DNA of 64,000 nucleotides from the IMG/VR virus record IMGVR_UViG_3300009104_000020, positions 791-64,790 of that record, one strand, 5' to 3'. Below, in pieces: positions 57,701 through 64,000 of the stretch (its first letter is position 1; every line of letters begins with the position of its first letter). This DNA comes from a virus (lineage: Duplodnaviria > Caudoviricetes). The notes under the pieces were generated by a model that saw only the letters and a program-made list of their open reading frames with translations, did not search any database and was not told the DNA's origin. The position numbers were made by a program, and so were the translations under genes.

Positions 57701-59965
57701 GCTTGGCTTAACTGGGGTAAAAGGTCTTACAATAAGAGGTATGATGAGTTGGCAGCCGACAAGCAAAGCAAGTATGGCCCCAAGTATACCGGCAAATTCC
57801 TGCGAAAATCAATTTCCATGGGAAGGTTCATAGACGGAATCGAATCATCCTTTAAGGCTTACTTGGCCAAGGAGCGGGACTCTGCCCTGGAATTTACCGT
57901 TTGGAACGAACTGATCCGCGCACTCACCGGGTTGATTGTCCAGTCTCCCGGCACAGCCTTGGTGGATACTATCGCCATCGTTGAGCAACCTTGGAGGAAG
58001 ATGGGCTTCAACAAGTTCGGGTTCCAGATGATGATGAAGAATATCACAGGCTCATTCGGGATCGGGGCAGGCAGCTTCTTTCAGGTGTTCAACAGGAGCA
58101 TCAAGTTCGCGCATGATGACATGGCCAAGATGATGGAGCTTGGGTTGGATGACGCCACCGCTTCCCTAGAAGGGGGATGGTTTAAGCGGCTCACAACAGA
58201 GTTCAGGTCTAATATGTCTGATGAAATGATAGGCCAGAATATGCTCACGAGGGGGGTAGAGCGCACGGCAAGGGGTATCCGGGCATTCCTAGAAGCCGGT
58301 AAAGGCCGACCTGAAGAAGGAAGGGGAGCGTTCCCGGCCTTCCGGCCACAGGCTATTTTCAGCCAGATTGCAAAACAGTCAGCCATGGCCAACACCATCA
58401 CCACCTGGAAAATGTTCCGAAACTTTGTGGCCAATGCGGCAGACTACATCGAGGCACACCCCGAAACGATGAAGGTATATCAAGAGAAAGGGATGATCTT
58501 CAACGAGAACGCGCTAGGGGCAGAAGGCCTGAACAATGCTCTTAATGAAATGGGATACGGGAGGTCGTTCCTGTTCTTCAGCAATAAAAAGGCTTACCAC
58601 AATATGTACAACACTCTGGTTGAGGGTGGGTTCAACCTAGAAAAGGTGGCCTTGGATTACATTGAGAGAAGGAAAACTGACTCAAAGGCTGACCCATTAG
58701 CCGCCAGTTATGCCCCGGAAAACTCCCTTCTTATGGCTTTAGCTCACACCACAACCTCTCAAGTGATGCTAGAAACCGATGTGACCACCCGATCCCCCAT
58801 GTTCCTGAACAACTCGTTCGGCTATATGGCAATGCCCCTGCTTGGGTGGTCTTGGCAGAAGTTCGTGGATATCAATAAGTCAATGGCCAAGGATCGTGAC
58901 GCTCACGGTGCATTTCTGGGAACCATTGAGAGCCTGAAGACTTACCAAGCGATTTTGCCATTAGGTATGATCTACGCCATGTTGCGGGATGAATATGACG
59001 AGGAGATAGTGGGCAAGAAGAGTAGCCTGCAATCAGGTAAGGGCTTGTTCTTTAAGGGAGACGGAATGCCCAGCATCAAGGAAATACAGACTGATCCGTA
59101 CAACTCCCTACAGGTTGCCGCCGAACGGTTTGATCGAGTAGGCATATTCGGGCTGGGCGGGGAGTTTCTTAATACCACCCTCAATTCAGAGTCAGCACGA
59201 GAGTTGAGCATAGATAGCCGTGTGTACGCCCTGAACACGTTTCGTAATACAACAAGGGTTCTGACCGCGCTGGCAATCCAAAGGCCGGAGAACGCCACCT
59301 ACGCCACCATTTACAGGCCCCTGCTTTCCGCTTACGGGGGGGCCGGGTTCCTTCAATATGGGCAGATAATGAATAATGCGATGGCCAAGATGGGCGGGGA
59401 ACCCCTGTTTGAAACTGAATATGCAATGGCCCAGCGTATCGGGACTAACAATTTCCTCCGGGCTGCTGGCCGATATCTGGATCTCGATGTCCGAACCTTC
59501 TCTGGAACAAGGGGTATCACCACCACCAGAATGCGCCCTTGGGTTAGCGATATGTTGATGGCGGCGGTCGTGGACGATGAGCAATGGTTCGATGAATCGT
59601 GGAGAAGGGCGGTCGAGGAAGCAGAGGCTATGGGTAAAACAGATCCCGTTGACACCGTTAAGCGCAGTTTTCAGGCATATCACCCCCTTCGGTACATCTA
59701 CCAGACCATGCCGACAGAGTTGGAATATATGGATATCTTGAACAGCATTGAGGAAACAAGCGGGATAGAGGGGAAAATACAGGTTCAGCAGACCATACGG
59801 AACATAAACGATTACGGCACTTTACTGGGGATAACGCCAAGCGAAGGCAAGGTGGACAAGGCCCCTACCGCAACATCTGTTAAATCCAGACTACGCCGGG
59901 AAGTGTTTTCTGACTTTCGGAAGCCGCGCAAAGAGGACATTCTAGCCAGGGTTTCTGGATTCTAA
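48770..59965 (+). CDS. Giant polyvalent internal virion protein (3731 aa)
   Basis: Gly/Ala-rich N-terminal region, coiled coils, Cys-His-Asp papain/transglutaminase-like segment, HEIGH metallopeptidase motif. Confidence 0.75.
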   Translation: MANQIVDFYRQQNPTYTGTDDSITLLYAEEYANELPNLLKTYPDFAQDYKRIYDHAFPVTAGDRAKQAAGSLIKGVTGTIASIPEAVGIARAETFGRGLGVGTTDYRETLMGQLAEGIRGVGEWAAPEVAEAKAENMADDFWTTVVPGAFGSGVGFLTTGGLTGMGVRTAAGGMLAKGGARVATKESDRMAKVLSGGLHSPAVKNISQKAGKGASDRYLKKKARQINAGSIAALGSAANATAGYKDALANGATPEQALSSYLLNGLVGTSEAMPLARMLNRLDNASGGTLMYYLANAAPEILEESLQEAMQSAAGDIIAANIVKYDPDRVMYEHLERDAAAGGVSGGLLSIITSALSRKAKLLEDKKAGRFVEDEGFVPGEGEETVTDARGRYKGGREGDITKLAMMVALQRQDDPTGQDQEAWAKLRQAHEEVIGNDPDAQMIFEAEIFNADSDLAADRAANVINTELGEIANPEKRKSRAVESTISLAPADIIGAEEELDPELEENFANYKGELLEERNSLVGELMEVNNNINLAKAGIEDSAVDPDQRAAYEQMLVGRRGELAGRIQAINAEIEGIDQRLSKVGRATPDIDLLDVPQTFDPEARREEAEQALDIETRLVARLREELAELEELEKEELDTAEKQKYWDDLHQELADDRAALEELRDQMEAQLLDRLAALETTDTSEFSEEDLQGHAELVQITREQLEGGVTSGQAAAAVGLTSDQLSRLVRYTEGNTDWNKHRPTPAKLVPRRLGGARTVGTAQDLTSLERRKARVESEIAGLKKKPATKKAPVKTQTKAAVAATEQHRKTRGVVRILPTIEGKTQLERAEQELAGIKADIARIREAETVVRGPDQLTAGELNAAIKGQKLLIKRLENRVAAGETVFKGTGQSILSEIEARRKLVEELEAKHATKKKAQQTAAEFDTEKNAKKSQTLGIEQALDQAEEQKTAATKKFDRLVDSLKGLSPEERTKLDQQKANINAVNRLDKKISNNIKKIDSLEKRISKAVKQSTKDNLRKQSNALKSENTKLSNDKRLIIGVESGLTKEEALDPETDIQDTKKAQNDAIVDDWVDANNEVTNTQRELRDASKRDPLDVRNVEIISHFGSDRGLAEYGRGDTNKQDRELKAGPAYYEVGTNDTTQATKWGREATETLNKYKKATSEEERTRLAQQLASQLARGANVRGTSGVSRRGISFIAPDGKIWVLGISRSGKDKTSYSLVPPKTDPNDNVGYEGVLFEDLLAQGFIPFAAIRLRNPAVRLNYKIESAEEYENIVAPIKREVVDTPAFMEQVSQGPISKTVSLNAIIEKVEPVFDAGTVSRTGIRLGETDAARAASRTSPVDEPTEIGEGPVTPAEAIVEAEEIVEDIEVKILTEEGAGNVFDILNKVDDTPVEVVVNPETGLVVQSEEDSISSVEEAIDEVIESDEQLDNLVETLGKASATKGIRFVEFLTDHILKIYEENAGSKEAFVEAFLGSDSAQIIGEQIRAEAFNEELNRDDTNQQLDNLVAKKQKEESDPNSREDTVAEEEQEAWDVVFPPGEPVMSVPLGLGGPTGSISGYSTFDRLCENCSGKVMRFFKDMGIPVTYAVITSKSPVGKGNIAHWVAVVNINGKTYVVDDPQTNLIEDAPEAGEVESTRERYIGEAPEMEGQGRVIKDTFDPVLIPVTPEALEAAYGQTIKEEVLIKSGVLKGDVFSESYNQVERNIEKITKAAAEIGGATETQQEEAPAPKPFVANEINKDGETVRMTSEQYQDPAFRKANKLDPLEYFVDEKTKKKMLVNQPSSGPDITRDRNAPDRPHSAYPRVSQHKLNKIFAYLIERLRTLGVQVEVTEREFANAATKAKAMFGFANGKPIIVLAMNSLENATTQNLYDLLHEIGHAATADMPKEARLRVLAAIAKLNDSVLKIPGRKYRIPLDEAGELDAEIEQEERLVEAIAQALISENFDPTTANTLASKIVRFFRNLMLAVKQAFHRMMGHDGEVALNYFKAQVEAMLTGNEAPAYLSWVSGYKYSVSERMDSMELEDSDSVIDSIYDLAGFSKEYKLVVGDSPEAVEHNIRWAGIRFTVERDDLSPEDLAASRMRAQRIIASDNALNEILIGLHDTFRRTGGSRFSGISREEFVNLLTNGKLPSDRIKAAIEASKDESLANTQMQDLEGEEAKQSAAVMLHRHLSSIETRLKNLSDEANIELSESVPGSSVNKNKKAHEDLIKLTTKYEDLGVMQDHIYRISNELINGMAEKTDKTIPRVLKELGLKATAKEIETARNKRLGDKFIDALEYLSTEITEWGRGTAKSIQKKIALLGNPVTDILNDPATLALAISIGRNQKTAMALLALRREDMQGMKQAFNKALAASISGNVKAALNGWNTKVNSSTRTDAPFERIATKLRKVLDKIAKAQKVSEATREDLDEYERRNALYEKLTDPIAEYKEEVGAIFGKESVLPNWLATKDGKGGQQWKEWAAIDGAVYVVPPNPAASLNELKNPKNHSKLDLMDIKNIGQIVRDIEKMNAWLLAQPIERRGGEYNMIKRMVDRMTELQAIQYHRELGNSLVVRLMGSLTDRLETVGTPAASKIAAQLKRFAYYIASYAGHGSKSAIRNGKLWSNKLQKARIKMKDAGLNYDLKTFKRVMYGPAMQYFHHRRDILNDAPNRETGEDRLIESWLNSKISSDPIMKPAIDAARGELRAFYKQTAVNSRQIADVASKMGVMVYDDEGGYFRERIGSSLTTTMRHTNDTAKNVWRFMSPVWGHNKRKESELAGVSERPDANNLTEEEFNDYVANRFGDLRVVGEFVFPIVLRPGSSVFYDIDGSVLPRKWVLDSLQENVGPSGSNMVGFLNSLTERAGIEKDDVRRFQAGIVNRFQSFFDKLDSVVDQQNKESGFLGGKAAVPIHVMMDARKFNDFPLEWVDYADFTERRMYQFVKNLSAEAAFGRDMVQVHNDFALARNDIGAAMALHEEIEAEIGKMGLLSRLGPAWLNWGKRSYNKRYDELAADKQSKYGPKYTGKFLRKSISMGRFIDGIESSFKAYLAKERDSALEFTVWNELIRALTGLIVQSPGTALVDTIAIVEQPWRKMGFNKFGFQMMMKNITGSFGIGAGSFFQVFNRSIKFAHDDMAKMMELGLDDATASLEGGWFKRLTTEFRSNMSDEMIGQNMLTRGVERTARGIRAFLEAGKGRPEEGRGAFPAFRPQAIFSQIAKQSAMANTITTWKMFRNFVANAADYIEAHPETMKVYQEKGMIFNENALGAEGLNNALNEMGYGRSFLFFSNKKAYHNMYNTLVEGGFNLEKVALDYIERRKTDSKADPLAASYAPENSLLMALAHTTTSQVMLETDVTTRSPMFLNNSFGYMAMPLLGWSWQKFVDINKSMAKDRDAHGAFLGTIESLKTYQAILPLGMIYAMLRDEYDEEIVGKKSSLQSGKGLFFKGDGMPSIKEIQTDPYNSLQVAAERFDRVGIFGLGGEFLNTTLNSESARELSIDSRVYALNTFRNTTRVLTALAIQRPENATYATIYRPLLSAYGGAGFLQYGQIMNNAMAKMGGEPLFETEYAMAQRIGTNNFLRAAGRYLDLDVRTFSGTRGITTTRMRPWVSDMLMAAVVDDEQWFDESWRRAVEEAEAMGKTDPVDTVKRSFQAYHPLRYIYQTMPTELEYMDILNSIEETSGIEGKIQVQQTIRNINDYGTLLGITPSEGKVDKAPTATSVKSRLRREVFSDFRKPRKEDILARVSGF

Positions 59966-59994
59966 TTGAACTGTAACACTAAATAATATAAGAA
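59966..59994 (+). promoter_or_regulatory. Promoter with GTAACACTAA in spacer
   Basis: TTGAAC, motif at 59973, AT-rich -10 region. Confidence 0.45.
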
Positions 59995-60004
59995 CACTCA
60001 CGAC

Positions 60005-60520
60005 ATGATACTATCGAATAAAATATCAGTACCAAGAACGGTCAGCGTGGCAAGCGTAACATCCGCTGGCACTCTGATTACAGCACCGAGCGCAGGGAAG
60101 AATGTAGTCCTTGTAGACTTGATAAACGCAGACGGCTCAAACATAGCCACGCTGAAAGATAAACACGGTTCCGCTGCGGCAGACACACTTGCCCTGGTTC
60201 CAGTCAGCACGGCCATAAGCCTGAATGCACCTATCCTAGTTTCAACAAAAAAAGTGGTAACAGGCTCCGCCCATGCAGTTGCAAACGGCATCACGGTGAC
60301 GGTAGAGAAACTGGCTGCTGCGCTGGCGTCCGGTGATGTAATCACTTTTGCCGGGGGAGGTGTTTTAACGCTTACATCAGCAGCTAACGCCGCAGCAACA
60401 AGTCTAGCTGGCAACCTTACAGTCGCAGCAATCACCGCTGGAGAAAAAGGTTACACCACGGTTAAGGTTGATGTTGTCACCTCCACTAAATTTACCGCTA
60501 CCTATATGGTTGAAGATTAA
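60005..60520 (+). CDS. Structural protein (beta-rich)
   Basis: A/T/V-rich; tail fibre region. Confidence 0.55.
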   Translation: MILSNKISVPRTVSVASVTSAGTLITAPSAGKNVVLVDLINADGSNIATLKDKHGSAAADTLALVPVSTAISLNAPILVSTKKVVTGSAHAVANGITVTVEKLAAALASGDVITFAGGGVLTLTSAANAAATSLAGNLTVAAITAGEKGYTTVKVDVVTSTKFTATYMVED

Positions 60521-60522
60521 GT

Positions 60523-60864
60523 ATGGCATTTACCCAAAAGTCTTCTTCAGTAATCCAGCGGGACGAGGGTGAGTTTCCCCAACTGCCGGATCAGGCCGAG
60601 GCCCGGATGAAGGGCTGGTGGTCAGACACCGTGGCTGTTCTTGACAGGGTCAGGGACAAGATAGGAGAGATTGAGTCAACCACGGGGGCGAAAGGAGAAA
60701 AAGGAGATAAGGGCGATAAAGGCGACACCGGGAATGCCGGGGCTGCCGGGACAAGTGCTACAGCAGAAGAGTTAAAAACGATATTGAACATCCAAGGCGA
60801 CGCAGTAGGCACACTAAATGAACAAGAAGTGGAAAATAAAATTATAGGTGGAGGATCATTCTAA
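60523..60864 (+). CDS. Collagen-like repeat protein
   Basis: GAKGEKGDKGDKGDTGNAGAAG. Confidence 0.65.
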   Translation: MAFTQKSSSVIQRDEGEFPQLPDQAEARMKGWWSDTVAVLDRVRDKIGEIESTTGAKGEKGDKGDKGDTGNAGAAGTSATAEELKTILNIQGDAVGTLNEQEVENKIIGGGSF

Positions 60865-62378
60865 TGGGAAACGTACTAAAAATTAAATCACGGCAGACGG
60901 GTTCGGCGGGTGCGCCATCCTCTCTAGCCAGAGCCGAGGTAGCATATGACGAACTTGGCGAAATCTTTTACATAGGACACGGCTCTGGAACTGACGCTTC
61001 ACGCAGCAAGAATGCTATAGGAGGTGTCGGGGCATTCGTGGACAAAGGAACAGCCCAGACCATTACCGGGGCTAAAACCATGTCTAGCTCCAGTAACGCC
61101 TTTACGGGTGATGGCTCCGCGCTGACCAGCCTTAACGCAACCCAGCTAACTTCAGGCACGGTTCCTGTTGGGCGACTTGACAATGCCTCAACCACACAGG
61201 AGGGCATCGTTGAGTTGGCGACTGGCGCAGAAACCAATACGGGAACAAGCACCACCAAGGCAGTTACCCCTGATGGATTGGATGATTGGACTGGTTCCGC
61301 ACAGATTGTAACGGTAGGCACTATCGCCAATGGAACATGGAACGCCACGGCAATAGCCGCTGGAAAGCTGCCTGCACTAGACGGGATCACGGCTCCAGCC
61401 AACAATTTAAGCCTTAACTCAAAGAGGATCACATCACTCGCAACCCCTAATGCTGACACCGATGCCGCTACTAAAGGCTATGTAGATTCAAAGGCCCAAG
61501 GGTTGGATGTCAAGGAGAGCGTGAGGCTCGCAACCGCAGCCGACTTGCCCGCCTGTACTTATGCCCAGCCTGACAGCACATCTGGCGATGGGGCGACACT
61601 AACGGCAAATGCTAATGGTGCGTTGACAATTGATAGCGTTGCCGTTGCCTTAAATGACAGGATTCTGGTGCAGCACCAGGGGTCAGGAACGGAGACTCAC
61701 GCCCATAACGGAATATATACTGTAACCACCCTCGGGACAGGGAGTGCGGCTTGGGTCTTAACAAGGGCAACGGACTTTGATGAGAACGACGAAATCACCT
61801 CTGCTGCATTTGTTTTTGTTGAGGCAGGGAGTACCAACGCTGACAGCGGTTTTGTTTGCACCACAGACGGAGACATCACCTTTTCAAGTGACACGTTTAG
61901 TGGCGTTGGATGGACGCAGTTTTCTGGTTCAGGCTCCATAACTGCCGGGGATGGCATAGCGCAAAGCGGTGTAGTTTTAAGTGCCGACCTGAAGACAAAC
62001 GGCGGACTTGTAATTGAATCCAGTAAGATTGCGGTTAAGCTGGACGCAAGCTCGATCACAGGAACCCTTGCAATTAGTGACGGCGGTACTGGGGCTACCT
62101 CTGCTTCCGCTGCCAGGACTGCGTTGGGTGTTGCTATTGGTTCAGATGTTCAGGCTTACGACGCACAACTGGCGGACATAGCCGGATTAACCCCAACCAA
62201 CAACGAGTTTATAGTTGGCAATGGCAGTAACTTTGACACAGAAACGCCAGCACAAGCTCGCACTTCCCTTGGCCTTGGCTCTATAGCAACTCAAGCCAGT
62301 ACAGCCGTTAACATAACGGGGGGGACAATTACCATGGGAACAGCAGATAGTGTCACTATAGATTGTGGAACATTTTAA
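60864..62378 (+). CDS. Tail fibre protein
   Basis: GIVELAT..ET, DAATKGYVD, GLDVKESVR.AT, NGIY...W.LTRA.D, GGTGAT.A..AR..LG, IDCGTF. Confidence 0.85.
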   Translation: MGNVLKIKSRQTGSAGAPSSLARAEVAYDELGEIFYIGHGSGTDASRSKNAIGGVGAFVDKGTAQTITGAKTMSSSSNAFTGDGSALTSLNATQLTSGTVPVGRLDNASTTQEGIVELATGAETNTGTSTTKAVTPDGLDDWTGSAQIVTVGTIANGTWNATAIAAGKLPALDGITAPANNLSLNSKRITSLATPNADTDAATKGYVDSKAQGLDVKESVRLATAADLPACTYAQPDSTSGDGATLTANANGALTIDSVAVALNDRILVQHQGSGTETHAHNGIYTVTTLGTGSAAWVLTRATDFDENDEITSAAFVFVEAGSTNADSGFVCTTDGDITFSSDTFSGVGWTQFSGSGSITAGDGIAQSGVVLSADLKTNGGLVIESSKIAVKLDASSITGTLAISDGGTGATSASAARTALGVAIGSDVQAYDAQLADIAGLTPTNNEFIVGNGSNFDTETPAQARTSLGLGSIATQASTAVNITGGTITMGTADSVTIDCGTF

Positions 62379-62381
62379 GAC

Positions 62382-64000
62382 ATGGCTAATACCGTTAAGA
62401 TTAAGCGGAGTACCACTTCGGGCAACACTCCGACACTTTCCGAAGGTGAGCTAGGTGTAAACATCACAGACGAAAAGCTCTGGGTCGGCGACGGCTCAAC
62501 CAACATACTTCTAAACCCTTCTGCATCCGTTGACTACCTCCCGCTAACAGGGGGAACGCTGACGGGTGCGTTAACGGGTACTACTGCTGCGTTTAGTGGT
62601 AGCGACACAACGCCACAATTAAAAGTCAGCGGCGGCAACGCTATGCTTGAGCTGGATGATACGACTAGCGGGAGTGCGTTTAATATATTCAGCAACGGCA
62701 ACTGCTTGCGAATGGCCCGAACCGGGGCTGGCGGTTATCCAGCTAGTTATTTTGAGTTAAACACTACAGGTCAAGTTGGCATCGGAGTGGCGAGCGGAAC
62801 GTATCAATTGAACGTAGGAGGGTCAGGAAACTTCAGCGGTGCGCTGACGGGTACTAGTGCTACGTTCACGGATGGAAGGCTCACCGTGGCCAGCACCACC
62901 AATGAGTCAATCATCGTAGATAATACTAGCATAGGTAATTCGGGTAGCAATACATGGACTTGGCATTCTTTCAAGGCTGGCGGGACGAGAAAATGGCGAG
63001 TCTTTGGCAGGGGTAATTCAACCGCACAAGACCTTGAGTTCTGGAATGACGGACAAAGTTTAGCGCAACTCAATCTGGGCAGCGATGGGACATCCACGTT
63101 CAGCGGTGCGCTGACGGCCAATTCAACAATTCAAGTTAGTCGCTCTGGTGCTTCACCGTTGTTTCAAGTCACCGATGCTGACGCTGGTGGTGGAGCTAAA
63201 AGTCGCTGGTTCGGATTAGTGGACGGGACTACCCGGTTCGCAATTTATGGCACGAACGGTTCCACGGAAGAGTTTAAGCTGGAGGATGGAGGCAACGCCA
63301 CGTTCAGCGGGAATGTAACGCTCGGCGGAAACCTAACGGTCAACGGCACAACGACAACTGTTAACGCACAAAACTTACTAGTAAGCGACCCGCTCATTGT
63401 ATTGGCCAAAGACCAATCAGGAACGCCAACCCTTGATAGTGGGATCATTGTTGAGAGGGGTTCATCTGAAAACAAGGGGCTACTTTGGGATGAGAGTCAA
63501 GACGAGTGGGCATTCGTTTCAACGACAGACGATGGAACAACTGCGGGGAATGTAAGCGGAAGCTATGCTCCTTTGAGGACGGCGGCTCTTAATGCAACCA
63601 CTATCACAACCACGGGCAATGTTGGGGTGGAAACTTCCAATGTTGGGGCGAAACTTCAAGTTGGAACACATAGCGGCTCTATGCCTTCCGATACGGCTTT
63701 GTTTCTAGCAGATAAAGACCTTCGCTTCTCCACAACAAACAACAATGCGGCTTACGGAAGTTATCTGAAGCCCGACTATGACGCTGGCCCGAATCCAGAT
63801 GTTAGCATATTGAAATTCGGCACTCGCTTCAATACGACTGATACGGATGTATTAACTTTGTATGGTTCTAACGTCGGCATCGGGACTACTGCGCCGGGGG
63901 CAGCTTTACATATTTACGATGATTCCGGGCTAAAGATTTCAGACGGCAGCGGGGGAGCAAACAATTTCCTCAAACAGGCTACAAATGGTTTGCAGATTCA
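62382..64000 (+). CDS. Tail fibre protein, truncated by the window end
   Basis: MANTVKIKRS...P.L.EGELGVN..D.KLWVG; LTVNGTTTTVN; NVGIGTT.P...LHI. Confidence 0.85.
   Translation, partial: MANTVKIKRSTTSGNTPTLSEGELGVNITDEKLWVGDGSTNILLNPSASVDYLPLTGGTLTGALTGTTAAFSGSDTTPQLKVSGGNAMLELDDTTSGSAFNIFSNGNCLRMARTGAGGYPASYFELNTTGQVGIGVASGTYQLNVGGSGNFSGALTGTSATFTDGRLTVASTTNESIIVDNTSIGNSGSNTWTWHSFKAGGTRKWRVFGRGNSTAQDLEFWNDGQSLAQLNLGSDGTSTFSGALTANSTIQVSRSGASPLFQVTDADAGGGAKSRWFGLVDGTTRFAIYGTNGSTEEFKLEDGGNATFSGNVTLGGNLTVNGTTTTVNAQNLLVSDPLIVLAKDQSGTPTLDSGIIVERGSSENKGLLWDESQDEWAFVSTTDDGTTAGNVSGSYAPLRTAALNATTITTTGNVGVETSNVGAKLQVGTHSGSMPSDTALFLADKDLRFSTTNNNAAYGSYLKPDYDAGPNPDVSILKFGTRFNTTDTDVLTLYGSNVGIGTTAPGAALHIYDDSGLKISDGSGGANNFLKQATNGLQI

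Noticed and set aside
48770-59965. Virion RNA polymerase as in N4 or crAss-like phages
   Set aside because: No DxDGD or T7-type polymerase motifs recognised by eye; not fully excluded without structure prediction
1-64000. CRISPR array, reverse transcriptase/DGR, or IS element
   Set aside because: No spaced repeats, RT motifs or transposase seen; the Cas4-like protein is a phage exonuclease
11500-64000. Numerous minus-strand ORFs in the ORF track
   Set aside because: Antisense shadows of + strand genes with no recognisable motifs

Overview
The window is a large part of a tailed dsDNA phage genome, probably podovirus-like and possibly temperate, with nearly all genes on the + strand. Modules in order: (i) 1-9.1 kb recombination and replication (PD-(D/E)XK nucleases, SSAP, DUF2800/Cas4-like exonuclease, SSB, resolvase, lambda-O-like initiator with iterons, DnaB, DUF1599, HU); (ii) 9.3-10.1 kb small minus-strand cassette with a PVC-type prepilin-like protein carrying CXXCH, which suggests a Verrucomicrobia/Planctomycetes-type host; (iii) 10.27-11.21 kb non-coding region that reads as a ~880-nt highly structured, GOLLD-like RNA ending in a complete type III hammerhead ribozyme, followed by a basic-protein gene and terminator; (iv) 11.2-26.4 kb early/accessory genes (AAA+/vWA pair, RlpA, OB-less ligase, C5-MTase, XF1762); (v) 26.4-64 kb tyrosine recombinase, terminase, portal, scaffold, capsid, tail, ejection proteins, a 3731-aa polyvalent protein and tail fibres, the last truncated. 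A GTAACACTA motif recurs at promoters and gene junctions, and two intergenic kissing-loop RNA elements are present. All family calls and folds come from reading motifs by eye; no searches or folding programs were run.
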